From Octopus bimaculoides (lineage: Eukaryota), in NCBI RefSeq assembly GCF_001194135.2, contig NC_068985.1, positions 36,069,382-36,111,077 of the forward strand: a DNA stretch of 41,696 nt, in the 5' to 3' direction. Within the stretch, counting starts at the first letter, position 1. Every line of letters begins with the position of its first letter. The notes beneath the pieces were generated by a model. That model was not told the origin of the DNA. It made no database searches and saw only the letters and a list, made by a program, of their open reading frames with translations. The translations under genes were made by a program, and so were the position numbers. Positions 1 through 13,000 of this stretch are shown piece after piece.

Positions 1-876
1 TTGTGGAATCACTGACAGAGAGAGGAAGGGGTACAAAATATATATGCTATCAGTCTTAGCATATCTTTTGACAGGTCACTAAGAGAGAGAGAGGAGAAGG
101 AAGGAAGGACAGACAAACTAACATAGATAGGGAGTTAGAGAGTGTCTATATGCTGGATTCTCAATGCCTACCTTCTCAAAGCTTTTACTAGTCACTGAGA
201 GAGGGGAAGGGGAGACAGAATATTTCGAAAACTGGACGGATTATTTTTTGTAAGAAAGTAACTATTTTATCTAATTTTCCGATTATATAACAAGACATGC
301 AGCGCATAGCTTGCATGTCTGAGAGTGTACGCCACTGGTAGATAAGAATATTGAATCCATTGTAGAAATAGAGCAGAAAATGATTGGAGTATTTACAGAT
401 TGAAGCATTGTGTTGATAGAAACTCAAGAGGTTTGCTTTATTTTTTTATTAACAAGTTGATAATTTATGATGATGTACCCTTCTTGTTACTGATTTAATA
501 ATTTTCATACAAATTTAGCAAGGCTCATAAAATATCTTGAAAATAAAATACAGTTTAATATCTGTAAATCAGAAACTTTTCTTTGTGTTATGACAACTTT
601 TAGTAGGGCACATTAATATATTGACTTCTTACATAGAAACAAAGCTTCACACTTTTACAGGGAACAGACAATTTAACTCTATGATGTTCATGTCTTTCTC
701 AATAGAAATAGTAATGAAAGTGAAATGAAATGCTTACAACCATGACTGAAACTATATCGGAGGCTGGATCCACTCAGAGCTTTACAGCACTCAGTTATTA
801 AAGTAAGATAATACAGCGTATGTTGAAACTTTTAACAGAAGTATTTGATAAAAGCATATGTTTATTTTATTATTAG

Positions 877-947
877 AATGGATCTTGCTATCAGTCGAAT
901 CTATCATGAAAATTGCTCCATTGCTGTCACTTAACAGGGTAGAGCAG
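877..947 (+). CDS. Candidate internal coding exon, unidentified protein (xWILLSVESIMKIAPLLSLNRVEQ)
   Basis: Acceptor tttattttattattag| and near-consensus donor CAG|gtatgt; only one of three frames is open across the 71 nt (phase 1 in, phase 0 out). Confidence 0.5.
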
Positions 948-1144
948 GTATGTTTTTTTAGTCTGGTGGCTATACCAAAAGAGGTTGTGTGGTGAACAAA
1001 GCTGAAGGACCTGAAGATTGACACTTTTTGCTTTGGTTATGACCTCATTAACTTTTTCAAGTTCCCTTGGAAAAGAGGGTGAGGGTGGAGAGGAAAGTGC
1101 TCTTCACTAAATTTGTCAAATTGTGGTGAAAATGGTTAGAATAA

Positions 1145-1358
1145 TCTGTTCTACTCTAGGCACAAGGCCCGAAATTTTAGGGGAGGGGTCCAGTTGATTA
1201 GATCGACCCAGTACACAACTGGTACTTAATTTATCGAGCCCCAAAAGGATGAAAGACAAAGTCGACCTCGGCAGAATTTGAACTCAGATCATAAAGGCAG
1301 ATGAAATACTGCTAAGCATTTCGCCCAGTGTGCCAACGTTTCTGCCAGCTTGCCACTT
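1145..1358 (-). mobile_element. SINE family A (tRNA-like head, core GGTCGACTTTGCCTTTCATCC...AAGTACCAGTT)
   Basis: Reverse complement of the copies at 4189-4377 and 27153-27358; same head (gagctggcagaa..gttagcac), core and tail. Confidence 0.85.
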
Positions 1359-2929
1359 TAATAGGTCGAATAATGAAATTTCTCTAAGCATGGGCCTGTG
1401 GATTAGAGAACACAGATTGGAGAGAGAGCTTGCTCTTGGTTTTTGAGGTGATCTTGGAACTGTAGGTTCCCTAATTGGCCTTAGTTAAAGTTCCTCATGT
1501 ATCAAGATGACTGTATCACCCATGAATTTGTATATTATGTATACTTTTTATTCCATGTGTCTTTTGTCCAAGCTGTCTATGATAGAATCAGTAGAGGGAC
1601 TGGCAAAAGCATTTAACTATAGAGCTATACCTCTTTCTATTCTGAATTCAAAAATTCTACTGAAGTCAACTTTGCCTTTCATTTTTCTGGGAACAATAAG
1701 TACCTGTCAGTTATTAAAATTGATAGAATCAACAGTTCTCTTCCCACTCCCAAAATTACTGACCTTGTACCTACGTTATAAATCATCATCTTCCACATCA
1801 TCATCATCATCATAATAATAATTATAGTGTTCATTATTATTTAACTGGATTTAATACATTAATTGCTAGAATGGTGCACAAAGTAGTTTGCACTATTTAG
1901 TTATGTAGAAAGCATAAATTCAACTAAAAGATGAAATACAGAATAATTTGGTGAAGATAATTTTTATTATTCTATTATAATCATGAAATAGAAAAATATA
2001 TTCTCAACAAGTCAGCCTGTTAATGGGACTGTGACAAGTCTGATTAGTTAGATAAAATTGTTGTTAATATTTAAAGTGGTTGCAATTTCCATGTCAAAAA
2101 TGTTGTACAAAATACAGTGAAATGTTATGAAAGACAGAAATGAAAACAGTATTCCACAAAATGTGTTGTTGACATATCTATAAATAAATGTTTTTGTGTG
2201 CATGCAAATGAATGAACAATAGATGTGCGTATAAAATGTAAATATATGTATGGTATCTTGTTATTATGTTTTTGTTGAAAGCTGGCTGGAAAGTAATGTA
2301 ATATTGGTCTTATAGAAAGCTCTGTACTGTTTTATTTGTGCAAAATAAACTGAAGGATCTGAAACGTGCAAGAGCTGTTGACTCTGAATTGTTGAACCTT
2401 TTGAATGTTTGTTGTTGTTGTGTAGTGTCACTCTGGAACTGATCAGCTTCTGGAAAAATGGCTGCTCTGGTACTCAGTTGTTCAATAAGTATGAGTTGTT
2501 GGCTGCTGCTGCTGCTGCTACAACCTCTACTGTTGTTACTATGCAAATTGATACTACTGTGTGAGCTCTTAGAAATGGCCATACATACTTGAGCTAGTAT
2601 TGCTACTGCTAACACTATCAGCGATTAGGTATGTCTCTTAATATGGCGTTGCACTAATCACTATTTTGATTTTTGGAAATGATTGTAATAATATTAGTAC
2701 TGGTGTTGCTAAGTCAGCTGTTATTGCCACCAGTCATTAGGCATGCCAGTTAATATAGCATTACACTAATCACTGATTGGATGAGAAAAGTAGCTCAATT
2801 GATTTAGCCATAAATTAAATCTGTGAGTGTGAGTTCACTTTCCTAACATGCCATAAATGCAATTTAGCTTTTTAAGAGAGATTTGCTGTTATGTTCCTAT
2901 ATGTTCTGAGTTTAAACCTCTCAAGGTTG

Positions 2930-3400
2930 ACTTTACTTTTTGTCCATAAAGTTATTGCATATAACATAGTGTTTACATCTGTCTGTATAGAATGTTGGAT
3001 AAAACCTATAGATATATTCTGTAGCACAATATACCATTTAAACAAAATACTGCTTACACATTACTAATTTATTAATAGAACTAGCTGCCAAGAAAGCATT
3101 AAGCATTATATATGTAAATTCAGTTTATCCATTTCATATTGGATCTCTGTAGTAATGGGTTTATAGGCAGTGTCTTCATAAGCATTTAAATAAAGTTCTT
3201 CATTGCTGATGAAAACCTAATGTGAGATTGAAACTAGTGTGGTCAAACCCTGTTTTTCTGTCCATGAAATACTGCATATAAAGTCAATGTGCTTACATTT
3301 ACCTTATAATACAATATTGACCAAGACTCTAAGATATGTTCTGTAGCAAAGTATTAAAACAAAAGACATTTAATACATCAGTAATTTACTTATGTTTCAT
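2930..3400. repeat. Old diverged tandem duplication, period about 320 bp
   Basis: tgtccataaagttattgcatataa (2941) resembles tgtccatgaaatactgcatataa (3258); agatatattctgtagcac (3010) resembles agatatgttctgtagcaa (3332). Confidence 0.5.
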
Positions 3401-3830
3401 CCACTCTGAAGTATCTATATGATAGTTCTGTTCAAATTCTCTGATTTCAATAATTGGGTCTAATTTTACATCTTCAGTTTTAATTTGCCTCTTCTGACCA
3501 TGTCATGCTAAATTTTTTTTTGTTATTTTTTTCTCTTTTTTATAGTCTTTGATAATTACGCACTTCCTCAGTTATTCCTTTTCACAGACATAAAATCTTT
3601 TCTGGCACCCTTTCTGCCCCTTTGGTAAAATGTTACTTTTTTAAGTTGGTGTTTTTCATGGGGGCTGACAGGATATGACCGAGAGAGGAGTAGACAAGTT
3701 GTCATGTTTAATGAAATTGGTTTTATACTTTTTTCACTTGTCCCACATAATGGCAAAGGTTGAAGAATTATGTAGATGCAAATTCTGGTTTTGTTTCCAC
3801 ATTAATAGATAGGTGATGAGGGACAAAATT

Positions 3831-4022
3831 ATCATCATCATCATCATTATCATCATCATCATCATTCCATCTTGGCATGGGTTAGATGGTTTGACTGGAA
3901 CTGGTAAGCTGGAGAGCTGCACCAAGTTCTAGTCTGATTTGGCATAATTTCTATAGCTGGATGCCCTTCCTAACACCAACCACTCCTAGAGTGTAATGGG
4001 TGCTTTTTATGTGCCACTAGTG
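3831..4022 (-). mobile_element. SINE or LINE-tail family C with (GAT)n tail
   Basis: (ATC)n followed by catcttggcatgggttagatgg...ctggatgcccttcctaacaccaaccac, homologous to 16001-16197 and 30214-30336. Confidence 0.8.
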
Positions 4023-4188
4023 TGAGTGCATTTACAAATATTTGGGGGAGCTTGGTTTTTTTGTCAGTTTGAGAACCACTTGTTATGAAACTTTTATATA
4101 CTGTTGGCAAACAAGTTGTGCCCTGCACAACTTGTTGAAGCATTTATATGATAAGCAGTATTAAAATGCTGTATTTTCCTGATATCTA

Positions 4189-4377
4189 GCCATTTGCAGA
4201 ATCATTATCATGCTCGGAACAGATGTTTAGTGGTATTTTGTCCGTCTTTACATTCTGAGTTCATATTCCACTGAGGTCAACTTTGCCTTTCATCCTTTGA
4301 GGATCAATAAATAAAGTACCAGTTGAACATTGGGATTGATGTGCTAAAATTCTGGCCTTGTGCTAAAATTTGAAATT
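4189..4377 (+). mobile_element. SINE family A, diverged copy (further partial copies at about 4425-4525, 9590-9730, 27365-27470)
   Basis: Contains ctgagttcatattccactgaggtcaactttgcctttcatcctttgaggatcaataaataaagtaccagtt. Confidence 0.75.
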
Positions 4378-4619
4378 ATTATTTTTATTGTTGTTGTTGT
4401 TATTATTATTGGACAAAATATCTTGCAGTTCAAATCCTGCTTTTATCTCCCCATTGTTGATAAAATAAAGTACCAATAAATTGACTAACCTTAAATTTCT
4501 GGCCTTATTGTGACTATGTTAGAAATAATTATTCCTAGTAAGTAGTTCTAGTCTCTCTGTATGAGTAATCTTCAAGACGCACTGTAAACTTTGTAGTTTA
4601 TAAATTTATTTTCTTCCAG

Positions 4620-4668
4620 AGACTTTTTGCTGTTTTATCTGAAAATAATCAACAGCTGTCTCTGATGT
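4620..4668 (+). CDS. Weak candidate exon (RLFAVLSENNQQLSLM)
   Basis: Strong acceptor tttattttcttccag|; phase 0 in and phase 1 out would bridge the 877-947 and 4918-5029 exons, but the donor (T|gttatt) is weak. Confidence 0.3.
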
Positions 4669-4917
4669 GTTATTGGAACCACTTTGACTATTTTTGCCAT
4701 ACTGTTTGGATATTTATCTATAATCTTTTAATACCCAAGATATATTAAGAGTAATTTGCCACTGATCTTCTCTACTTATAAGTATAAAGAAATTGAAATA
4801 GATGAAACCATATTTGCTAAAAGAATTTTACATTTTGAATGAAAAATATCAATTTCCTTTCACTTCTTTGATTGAGTCAAAGCTGTACAAAAATAGTGTA
4901 ACAATGTTCTATTACAG

Positions 4918-5029
4918 TTTATGATAGTAATGAGATGATGGTTGCTGAAGTTCTGACTAAAAACGTTTCTACTGACACTGCACCAGATTTTCTCTATCCA
5001 GTTCCATTACAGCATATTCTTTTCCTTCG
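4918..5029 (+). CDS. Candidate internal coding exon (xYDSNEMMVAEVLTKNVSTDTAPDFLYPVPLQHILFLR)
   Basis: Acceptor gttctattacag|, donor CG|gtaaaa, 36 open codons with ordinary protein-like composition and higher GC than the flanks. Confidence 0.6.
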
Positions 5030-5170
5030 GTAAAAAAAACAAAAAAATTAAATTTTAAAAAAATGAAGAGGAAGAAGGTCTTGACATATTTTAATAGTAT
5101 TGCCAAGCTTCAAAATTGACAGAATTTTTGTTAAGAAAAATACTCAGAGCAGAGTATCTCTTTCTGTTTC

Positions 5171-5190
5171 GCACGCACACGCACGCACAC

Positions 5191-5285
<95 letters not shown>
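5171..5285. repeat. (CA)n microsatellite
   Basis: Directly visible; it explains the poly-HT and poly-CV ORFs in the track. Confidence 0.98.
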
Positions 5286-5289
<4 letters not shown>

Positions 5290-6370
5290 TATGGGTATAG
5301 ATACAGATATTGATAGATGTGTGTGTGTGAATAGTAAATTTTTTTTAATGCTAATTTTGGAAATAAAATGACATTTTAAGTACCACTCTCCTTCTGTAAG
5401 ATATTCCAGATCTGCCTGTACTGTGAATTATCCTAGTTCTCCATGTATTAAAAACTAAATCGACTGAAAGCATTTTTGTTCAAATGTTCTTATGGTTATA
5501 TTGATTTCTTATCAAGGCATAAAAGAGTTGCAACTGGATGATAGAATGTTGGTCTGTTGGTTAAAGGGTCAATGGTTTTTATCCAGTTATTAATGTTATA
5601 CTATGTCCCTAGCAGAGACTTAGTTCTTAATTACTCAAACCACTAACCTTAAATAGGTACCATGTTGCAGTTTAGCCCACTAGTATAAGTAGAAATACAG
5701 TGTGTGATTAATAAGTGTTTCAGTAACTTTTTCCATTTATTCTTTCACTGTGAAAACTTAATATCATAGCTCCAAATAATTCATAATTTATATAAACATT
5801 TTTTGAGTATTTTTCTGAAAAATCTTCACTAATTCTAAGTATGATGTATCCTATAGAGTACAGATATCTTGTTATTCAGTATGTGTGCCCCTAGGAAGTT
5901 AATTCCATGTTAAGCAGCTTCATTTGGTTGGATATGGAATGTGCTTGTTTTTGCCACATTAATTTATTTCAAGACATTTTACGGCTAACCTCCTGTGATT
6001 GATAGCTTTATACATCTAGCTACAGAGAGATTCTACCTTTTTTTATATCACCTGATAAGAGATAAAAGTTCTCAAAACAACATTCTGTTACAGAAGACTT
6101 GCCACAAGTTAACATTATGCATATTTCTTTAATATCATGTTGTGTATCAGAAGTTGACTATTTCCTGTTATTCTTTCATTATAAACTTCTTATTGTAACC
6201 CCAAATAACTCATTATTTATTTCATACTTTATATTCATTGAGTGCTTTAATGAAAAACATCTCACTTAGACAAATAATATCTTGTGGACTATGTCTTGTC
6301 ACTGAATATATCTTTCTGTTTGTCTGTCTATAAATCTTTATATATAACTATACACCTATCTGTCTATCTA

Positions 6371-6409
<39 letters not shown>

Positions 6410-6659
6410 ATCCATATCTAACATATGAAATATATCTGCCTGTTTATCTATCTGATTCTCTAAGTAGCATTATAAAATATCTTGCAAGCTTAAAATCACA
6501 AAAGGTGATGCTTAATTCCACGAGTAGTTTGGGTGTTACTAAACTTAGTTGATTAGCACAGTGGCCAGGGTGCTGCTTCATCGACTCCCAATTTGGATAT
6601 CAGCCAATCATTATTTGCTGTTTCCAATTGGCGATTACTGCACCATAATTAAGTCCCCA

Positions 6660-7130
6660 TTCCCTGACACCTTTTTCTCTACCTTATCTCCACCTCTGTT
6701 CTCCTTACTTTAACAATATCATTTTGGAAGTGAACTTTTTCCAGTTTATCCTTTACATGCTTGTCCCCAATTTTCATTTGCCTCATTCATTAAAATTATG
6801 TTTGCATTTGTTCAATGATTTTGAATTTACTCCTCTTTATTTTCTTTTTTGTCTTTCACTTACATTTCCCTCATCTCTTAAGATTTTTCCTTTCTTGTTC
6901 AATCCCATTGTAGATTCCTTATCCACCACCACCACCAACAACCCCAGCATATTTCTTTGCTTTTCTTATTGTTACTCTCTTTCTCCCATTCCCATTTTCT
7001 TCTTTCATTGCTTTTATTGTTTCTTTCTCTTCCTCCCCATCTCTCTTCTTTTTTCTCTTGATACCTTTTCTCTCATGGTGCCTCAATCACCACACACACA
7101 CTCTCCCTCTCTCTCTCACTGGATCACACA
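6660..7130. repeat. Pyrimidine-rich low-complexity tract
   Basis: C/T-dominated plus strand; it explains the 174-aa F/L/S-rich ORF. Confidence 0.8.
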
Positions 7131-10100
7131 AGCATACATAATTTTACTTAATTTGTGTAATTTAAAAAAGAGTAGTTTTTCCTTTTATATTTCCTGGTTT
7201 ATGTTCAATATCTTTTTTTTTTTTTTTGTTTCTTTTACATTTTGTTGAATGAATTCTTTTAGATTTTCATTTATAGAAAAAATATAGAGTGGGTTAACAA
7301 CTTGAAAAGATAGTGAGGCAATAAGGTCATTTTGTGAGCAAAAGAAATTGGCTATAAAGTAATGCAGATGCAATAAGAATGGGTGACGTGGTTTTGGGTG
7401 GTGAACTAGTGGTAGGTCATTGACTGAAGAGAAGTGAACCAAAAAACAAAACCACGTACTTAGAACTGAGGTCACATTAATTGGATTAAATCTTACATTG
7501 ATAGGATTTACTGAAGAAATTAGAAAAGTCAAGGATAGATGAAAAGAAGTTTTTGTGCAGACATATCCAACTTAAAAGTTAATGGTATTGGCAATTATTG
7601 AAGTAGTGTACTGACAATAGGCTAATGAAGAAGGCCTCTAAGTAGTCCCTCAACCTCCAAGAAATAGCAGCCTAGCGTCCCTAAAAGGGGAACACACATT
7701 GGGTAATGTAGTCTCTGATGCATTAAGTCTGGAAAAAGATGTGATGATCATTGATTGAAATGCTTTTTATCATAATCCATATGTAAAACTTTTTGGAGAG
7801 AAAAATGAAGGTGGAAGGTGAAAAAAATAACATTGGTTGTAAATAGCTGGAGAGAAAGAATTTTGTTTTCATATTGACTATTGCTACCCGCTTTTGAAGT
7901 TTTACAATTACTTAATAGGGTATGGGTTTATGTGAAGGTTTTCGGTAGAAGTCATTTTGTTTATTGTTTTAGTATTTCCCTTTGACATATTATTTTAACA
8001 TTTCTTTTGAAATGTTCTGAGTTATGATCTTGTACAGTGTCGAATGACCAATTTTGGATAATGCTGTCCGTTATAAAGTGCTGGAGATGATAAGATGCAG
8101 GGAGGACAAAGCGACAGTGGCTGGGGAAAAGTTTTGGTATCACTAATATAAATAAGTTGGATGTTAGAAGAATGTCATGGATAGAAAACAGTACTAAAAG
8201 ACATTGTAAGAGAGACTGCAGGAAAACCAGCCAGTTTCAATGGAGCTGAATCCATTGTAATTACAATATAGAATATGAAGTAATGACATGATGTATTTAC
8301 ATAAAAATGTAGGACGGTTAAATAAGATTTCTTATCTATCTATGCTAACTATGAGTATGAAATTGATTTTGATAATAAACATTCCACCAACATATAAATA
8401 CTGCAGGAGGTAGATTACATCTAAAATTTATATTAAAATTTTTTTGAAGAATTTTGCTATTGACTTGTTTTGTAAACGTAATATAATATATAATGGTTAT
8501 TCTCTGCATGAAGACAAGAAAAGAAAAGAACGGTCTGCCATGTTTTTAGAGCATAACACATCTTTACATCCTTCATACATACAGAATTTGATAAAATTAT
8601 TCAACAAAGTGAAAACTAGGATTGCAATTTTACAGTAATATTGAAATTGAGAAGCAATTAGTTTTTCAAAAAAATTCATAGTAACTGCCACTGGTAGAGT
8701 TAAATGCTAACAATATTGGTGCCACAAGCTTATTGGAAAATTATAGGAATTAAGCATTAATTTTGTAGCCATTTTATCTATTTGCCAAGATGTTAGATAA
8801 ATATTTTTGGTTCCTATTTCTCATTATAGATTTTGCTGCTTTATCATACTATTCTCTGCAGCCATTTGCAGTTCACCATATATTGATATTCCATGATATT
8901 TATTTGAATTTGTGTTTTATTTATGCATTTACTTTCTCTTCCAAGAAGCCTGCTTAAGAATGAAATAGATATCAGTGCAATAAAGCATGCAGTGAGCTAG
9001 TTTGTTCTAGTTGGTAAAGAACTGAACTACTGAGTCAGGAGAATTGATTCATTTACAACTCCATTAGTGAGTTTTAGTTATCACCAATTTGGAAAAATTT
9101 ATGTGTGAGAATGGTTAGTTGGATGTTAGTTTGTGAAACCAAATCTCAATATCCCAAATATAGCTGAGTTTTCATTCTCTGGTACCAGTATATTTGTTAG
9201 TTAATCTTTTTAGGATGTTTGAGTCTAGTATGTTTTTTGTTGTTGTTTTACATTCCATCTATGTTGCCTATCATGTTTTTTGGTATTATTATTTATTCAA
9301 GCTATTAGTTAAAACATTTAATTCTAATAAAATTTTGAGGGGAAATATCTAAGTCTTTTATTATAAGATTTGGGTGTTTCATTGACACAACTTTGTTGGT
9401 TTCATTGTAGAGCAATAGCTATTAGTTTTATGTAACATTTCTCTTTAGTTCACAAATTTTGTGGCTGAAAAAAATAAATGAGTTGACTTTGGATGGTTGA
9501 AGAATGTTGAGTTTAGACTGATTTTTCTGTGGTGTGAGTGGATTTTTCACAAAAGTAAGTAACAGAGGCATATATAAACACAGTGGTCCTTTACACTCTG
9601 GTTTCAAATCTTGCTGCGGCCGAGCTTGCCATTCATCCTTCTGGTATCAATAAAATAAAGAACCAGTCAAGTACTGTGTTGAATAATTGATTCTACCCCT
9701 GCATCCAAATTTATGTTAGAAATCAATATTAAAGTTGGTGGAGATGTGATTAGTTATGAACCAGATTGTACAACTGAAATTCAAAAAGGAAAAGAGTTTC
9801 TTTCTGTGGTGTGCTGAATGAAAATAATTTTTATCTTCCAAATAATCTAATTATTACAATTAAGTGATGATTAAAGCTGACCTATTGATATCAGTGAGGG
9901 TTAGCTTTTAGACTTTGAAAGTCAGGATTTTGTTATTGTAGAAACTGCATATTTGTTAATTGATCTTTTTCAGTGTTTGACTTCTAGTTTTTTTAAGTAA
10001 TTTCTTTTAGATACCCTTCTAACTATTAAATAATTGATGAATATAGTAAGTGTAGTACCTGTCTTTTCTTAGTCAGTGAGGCAAAAAAAAAATAGGTGTC

Positions 10101-10187
10101 TTGTTAAGTGAGGTACAAGGTGATGGCTCTAGTAAGATTTGAAGTCATGAGTGGATTTGGTAGATGAAAACTGAAAAAGTCCCATAC

Positions 10188-10561
10188 AGGCACAGGCGTG
10201 GCTGTGTAGTAAGAAGTTTGCTTCCCAACCACATGGTTCTGAGTTCAGTTTCACTGCATGGCACCTTGAGCAAGTGTCTTCTACTATAGCCTTGGGCCAA
10301 CCAAAGCCTTGTGTGTGGATTTGGTAGACAGAAACTGAAAGAAAAACATCATATATATATATATATATATATANNNNNNNNNNNNNNNNNNNNNNNNNNN
10401 NNNNNNNNNNNNNNNNNNNNNNNNNNNNNNNNNNNNNNNNNNNNNNNNNNNNNNNNNNNNNNNNNNNNNNNNNNNNNNNNNNNNNNNNNNNNNNNNNNNN
10501 NNNNNNNNNNNNNNNNNNNNNNNNNNNNNNNNNNNNNNNNNNNNNNNNNNNNNNNNNNNNN

Positions 10562-10606
<45 letters not shown>

Positions 10607-10758
10607 GTGTGTGTCTGTGTTTGTCCCCCTGCCATTGCTTGACAACAGATGTTGGTGTGTTTATGTCCCTGTAACTTAGCAGTTCAGCAAAAGATACTAA
10701 TAGAATAAGTACTAGGCTTACAAAGGCTAAGTCCTGGGGTTGATTTCTTCAATTAAAG
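10188..10758 (+). mobile_element. SINE family B (tRNA-derived head, internal (TA)/(TG) tract spanning an N gap)
   Basis: Head aggcacaggcgtggctgtgtagtaagaag...gagttcagtttcactgc; reverse complement of the copy at 19964-20378. Confidence 0.85.
10374..10561. other. Assembly gap inside a (TA)n tract (other gaps: 11432-11441, 35705-35934, 39309-39408)
   Basis: Runs of N. Confidence 1.
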
Positions 10759-10807
10759 AAACAAGTAAAAGAATGTGTGTGCGTGTGTGTGTGTGTGTTG
10801 TGCCGTG

Positions 10808-11042
10808 CCCTTATCTAGACATCATGTGATGGCTTTAAGTGGAACCATCATCATACAAACATGATATTCATTTCCAGTCTTCCATCTAAAACATGTATAG
10901 CTATGGAGAAAATGTTACCTTACTTGGAAACAGGTAAGGGTTGGCAACAGGAAGAGCATACAACCATAGAAAAAATTGCCTCAACAAATTCCATCTGACT
11001 TATGCAAGCATAAAAACTGGATGTTAAACGATGATGATGATA
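10808..11042 (+). mobile_element. Family C-related repeat ending in (GAT)n
   Basis: Ends ...gcaagcataaaaactggatgttaaacgatgatgatga; related to the reverse copy at about 25818-26010. Confidence 0.7.
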
Positions 11043-11212
11043 ACAAACATATTCTGAAAAAAAATTGTCTATTATATTTTCAGTCATTTCAGAGTGGTTG
11101 AATGCAAATCATAGTTGCTGCCAGAGGTAATTTGTCTACAACTGGCAAATTGATGTCTAATCAATTGTTAGATTTGGATGGTCAAAGTATTGAGTTTTAT
11201 TTTACATAACAG

Positions 11213-11247
11213 AAATACGGTATCAGTCTAGAGAGCTGATGGAAACA
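11213..11247 (+). CDS. Candidate exon (xIRYQSRELMET)
   Basis: Acceptor ttttattttacataacag|, donor ACA|gtatgc; its phase 0 end joins the 12658 exon in frame. Confidence 0.45.
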
Positions 11248-12657
11248 GTATGCTGGTCATTGCTTTTCTCTATTCCTTCTCCTTAACTTTTCTTTTTCCA
11301 TTTCATGAGCTAACTGAGTCTTTTGGTTATCTCTTTTGTGATTAATCTTTAAACCTAACATTTTTATAATAAATGAGTAGTTTTTTTACCTTTAATTTTT
11401 ATATTTTCTCTTTTCTCTCTTTTTTTTTTTTNNNNNNNNNNTTTTTTTTTTTTGTCAAAACTGAACATTTATATTCTTTTCCCTAATAATTTATTTTTTC
11501 AATTTTCTTATTTCTCTGTTTTCCATTCCATTTTACTTTTATTTCCTATTTATTCCCTCTTCACTCTTCTATTTGTTTCCTCCCATCCATTAGCCCTTCA
11601 GCTATGTCCCGCCCAAATAGTCTACCTTGTTATGTGTTTAAATCAGACAGATCTAGCCTCTTACACATTCTCTACAATATCATTCTTAAAATAAACAGTC
11701 ACATCATCAAAATATTGAAGCTGCAAGCTAATGCATAATTAATTCAAAACTGTGAATAAATAAGTATTACATTTGACAGAATAATCTGAATGCTACAGGG
11801 CTAAATTGAGCTTCTCCTTACCGCTCACCATGTCTTTACTATTCAGTCACAGTGTATTTAGGCAAACATTATCCATTGTGTCCTTGTCTGTGACTTGAAA
11901 GAGAGATTTGGTTGAGTTTCTAGCAGGCTAAGTAACCACATGGTTGCTCTTTGGCTGGAAATATCCTATTGTTGTTGTTGTTGTTTAGTTCTAAGTCAAA
12001 CCTGATTGAACAGACATGACCAAAAGCAGTTCAAATGTGATTATCCTGTCTTTTCTTCCTACTTGTAAGGGCTTAAGGATCACATTATCCTAGAGCTTTT
12101 TAAAAATGGCATGGTATGTTTTGAGGGAGATTTTACTGCTATTACTAGCAGATCAAGTAATTACACAGATGCTCCTTCATTGGTTTGTATTACTGTTATA
12201 TATTATGTTGTTAGATCTAATAAAGCTTGTGTGAAACATGGTTGCTCCTCGTTGGTTTTATAAACAACTACAGTAAAACATTTATAATTGGTACTAGTCT
12301 TGTTTGAACCTAAAATAATGCATCCAGTTGAATATTTTAATGTCTTTACATTTTCCTGTGCTTTATGTATGGAAAATAATTATCAATTAATATTTAACCT
12401 TTTCACAAATAAGAGTTGTAATATAGTTAATACCTTGAGTTTTTCTTTTTGGTTGGGGGGGGGGGTGTTTCTTTTTTTTTTTGTTATAAAGTTAACTATA
12501 TATGTAAGTGCCAGTAGATTTTTTGCTAAGTCTTATCTATTACCAGATTTACAATTATAAAGGGATAAAATTAGCCAATCCGAATAGAGGGTGGAACAGG
12601 AAAATTTTGAATTGACGCCATAAACTGCTTTCCTTTTTTATTCAAATGTTTTCATAG

Positions 12658-12704
12658 CTGCTGGAAGAAAATTTTCACAAAATAATAGGAACTTTCAGTG
12701 ATTT
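12658..12704 (+). CDS. Candidate exon (LLEENFHKIIGTFSD)
   Basis: Acceptor ttcaaatgttttcatag|, donor TT|gtaatt; only one frame is open; the join reads RELMETLLEENFHKIIG. Confidence 0.45.
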
Positions 12705-12784
12705 GTAATTAGGATTTGGCAAAATTGCTATTGCTCTGTTATCTTCAGTTAATCATGTATCAATATGTCTGAACCATAATAGAT

Positions 12785-13000
12785 GACCCGTTTTCATGCA
12801 AACCAACAAGGAAACACCTATGTGGTTGCTCAACTAGCTCGAAATAGCAACCTTTTCTTCCTCAAATCACATCTTACCATCCTAGATATACGAAACATTG
12901 TCCTAAATATTCAAAAGGATTGTTTTAGAAACTGGGATGATTGTGGCTAGAACACCTTTGATCATACATTAGGGTTAACTTGGAGCTACACAACAACAGC
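12785..13000 (-). mobile_element. Old dispersed repeat family F (core atttggctgctatttctagc), several decayed copies
   Basis: Related segments at about 11890-11960, 12110-12190, 15720-15800, 17520-17700 and 33370-33600. Confidence 0.6.

Noticed and set aside
791-1024. Minus-strand ORF containing SDSNGAIFMIDSTD, reminiscent of ARF-family GTPases
   Set aside because: No G1/G3/G4 motifs nearby; it is the antisense of a better-supported plus-strand exon.
5091-5313. Cys/Val and His/Thr repeat ORFs (also at 21412, 31626, 36945-37423 and others)
   Set aside because: Translations of (CA)n/(TG)n/(TA)n microsatellites, not metallothionein-like or His-rich proteins.
6724-7248. 174-aa hydrophobic ORF resembling a membrane protein
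   Set aside because: Product of a pyrimidine-rich low-complexity tract with a TTG start.
8040-8280. Coding-like fragments (LDNAVRYKVLEMIRCREDK; KTVLKDIVRETAGKPASFNGAESI)
   Set aside because: Stops in all frames, poor acceptors and no recognisable family; cannot be separated from noise or a very old TE.
10129-10679. Long ORFs of 98-168 aa (likewise 35574-35978 and 39130-39519)
   Set aside because: Open only because they run through N gaps and SINE sequence.
11084-11126. Possible exon ISEWLNANHSCCQ with good splice sites
   Set aside because: Its phase 2 end is incompatible with the adjacent 11213 exon, so it is left uncalled.
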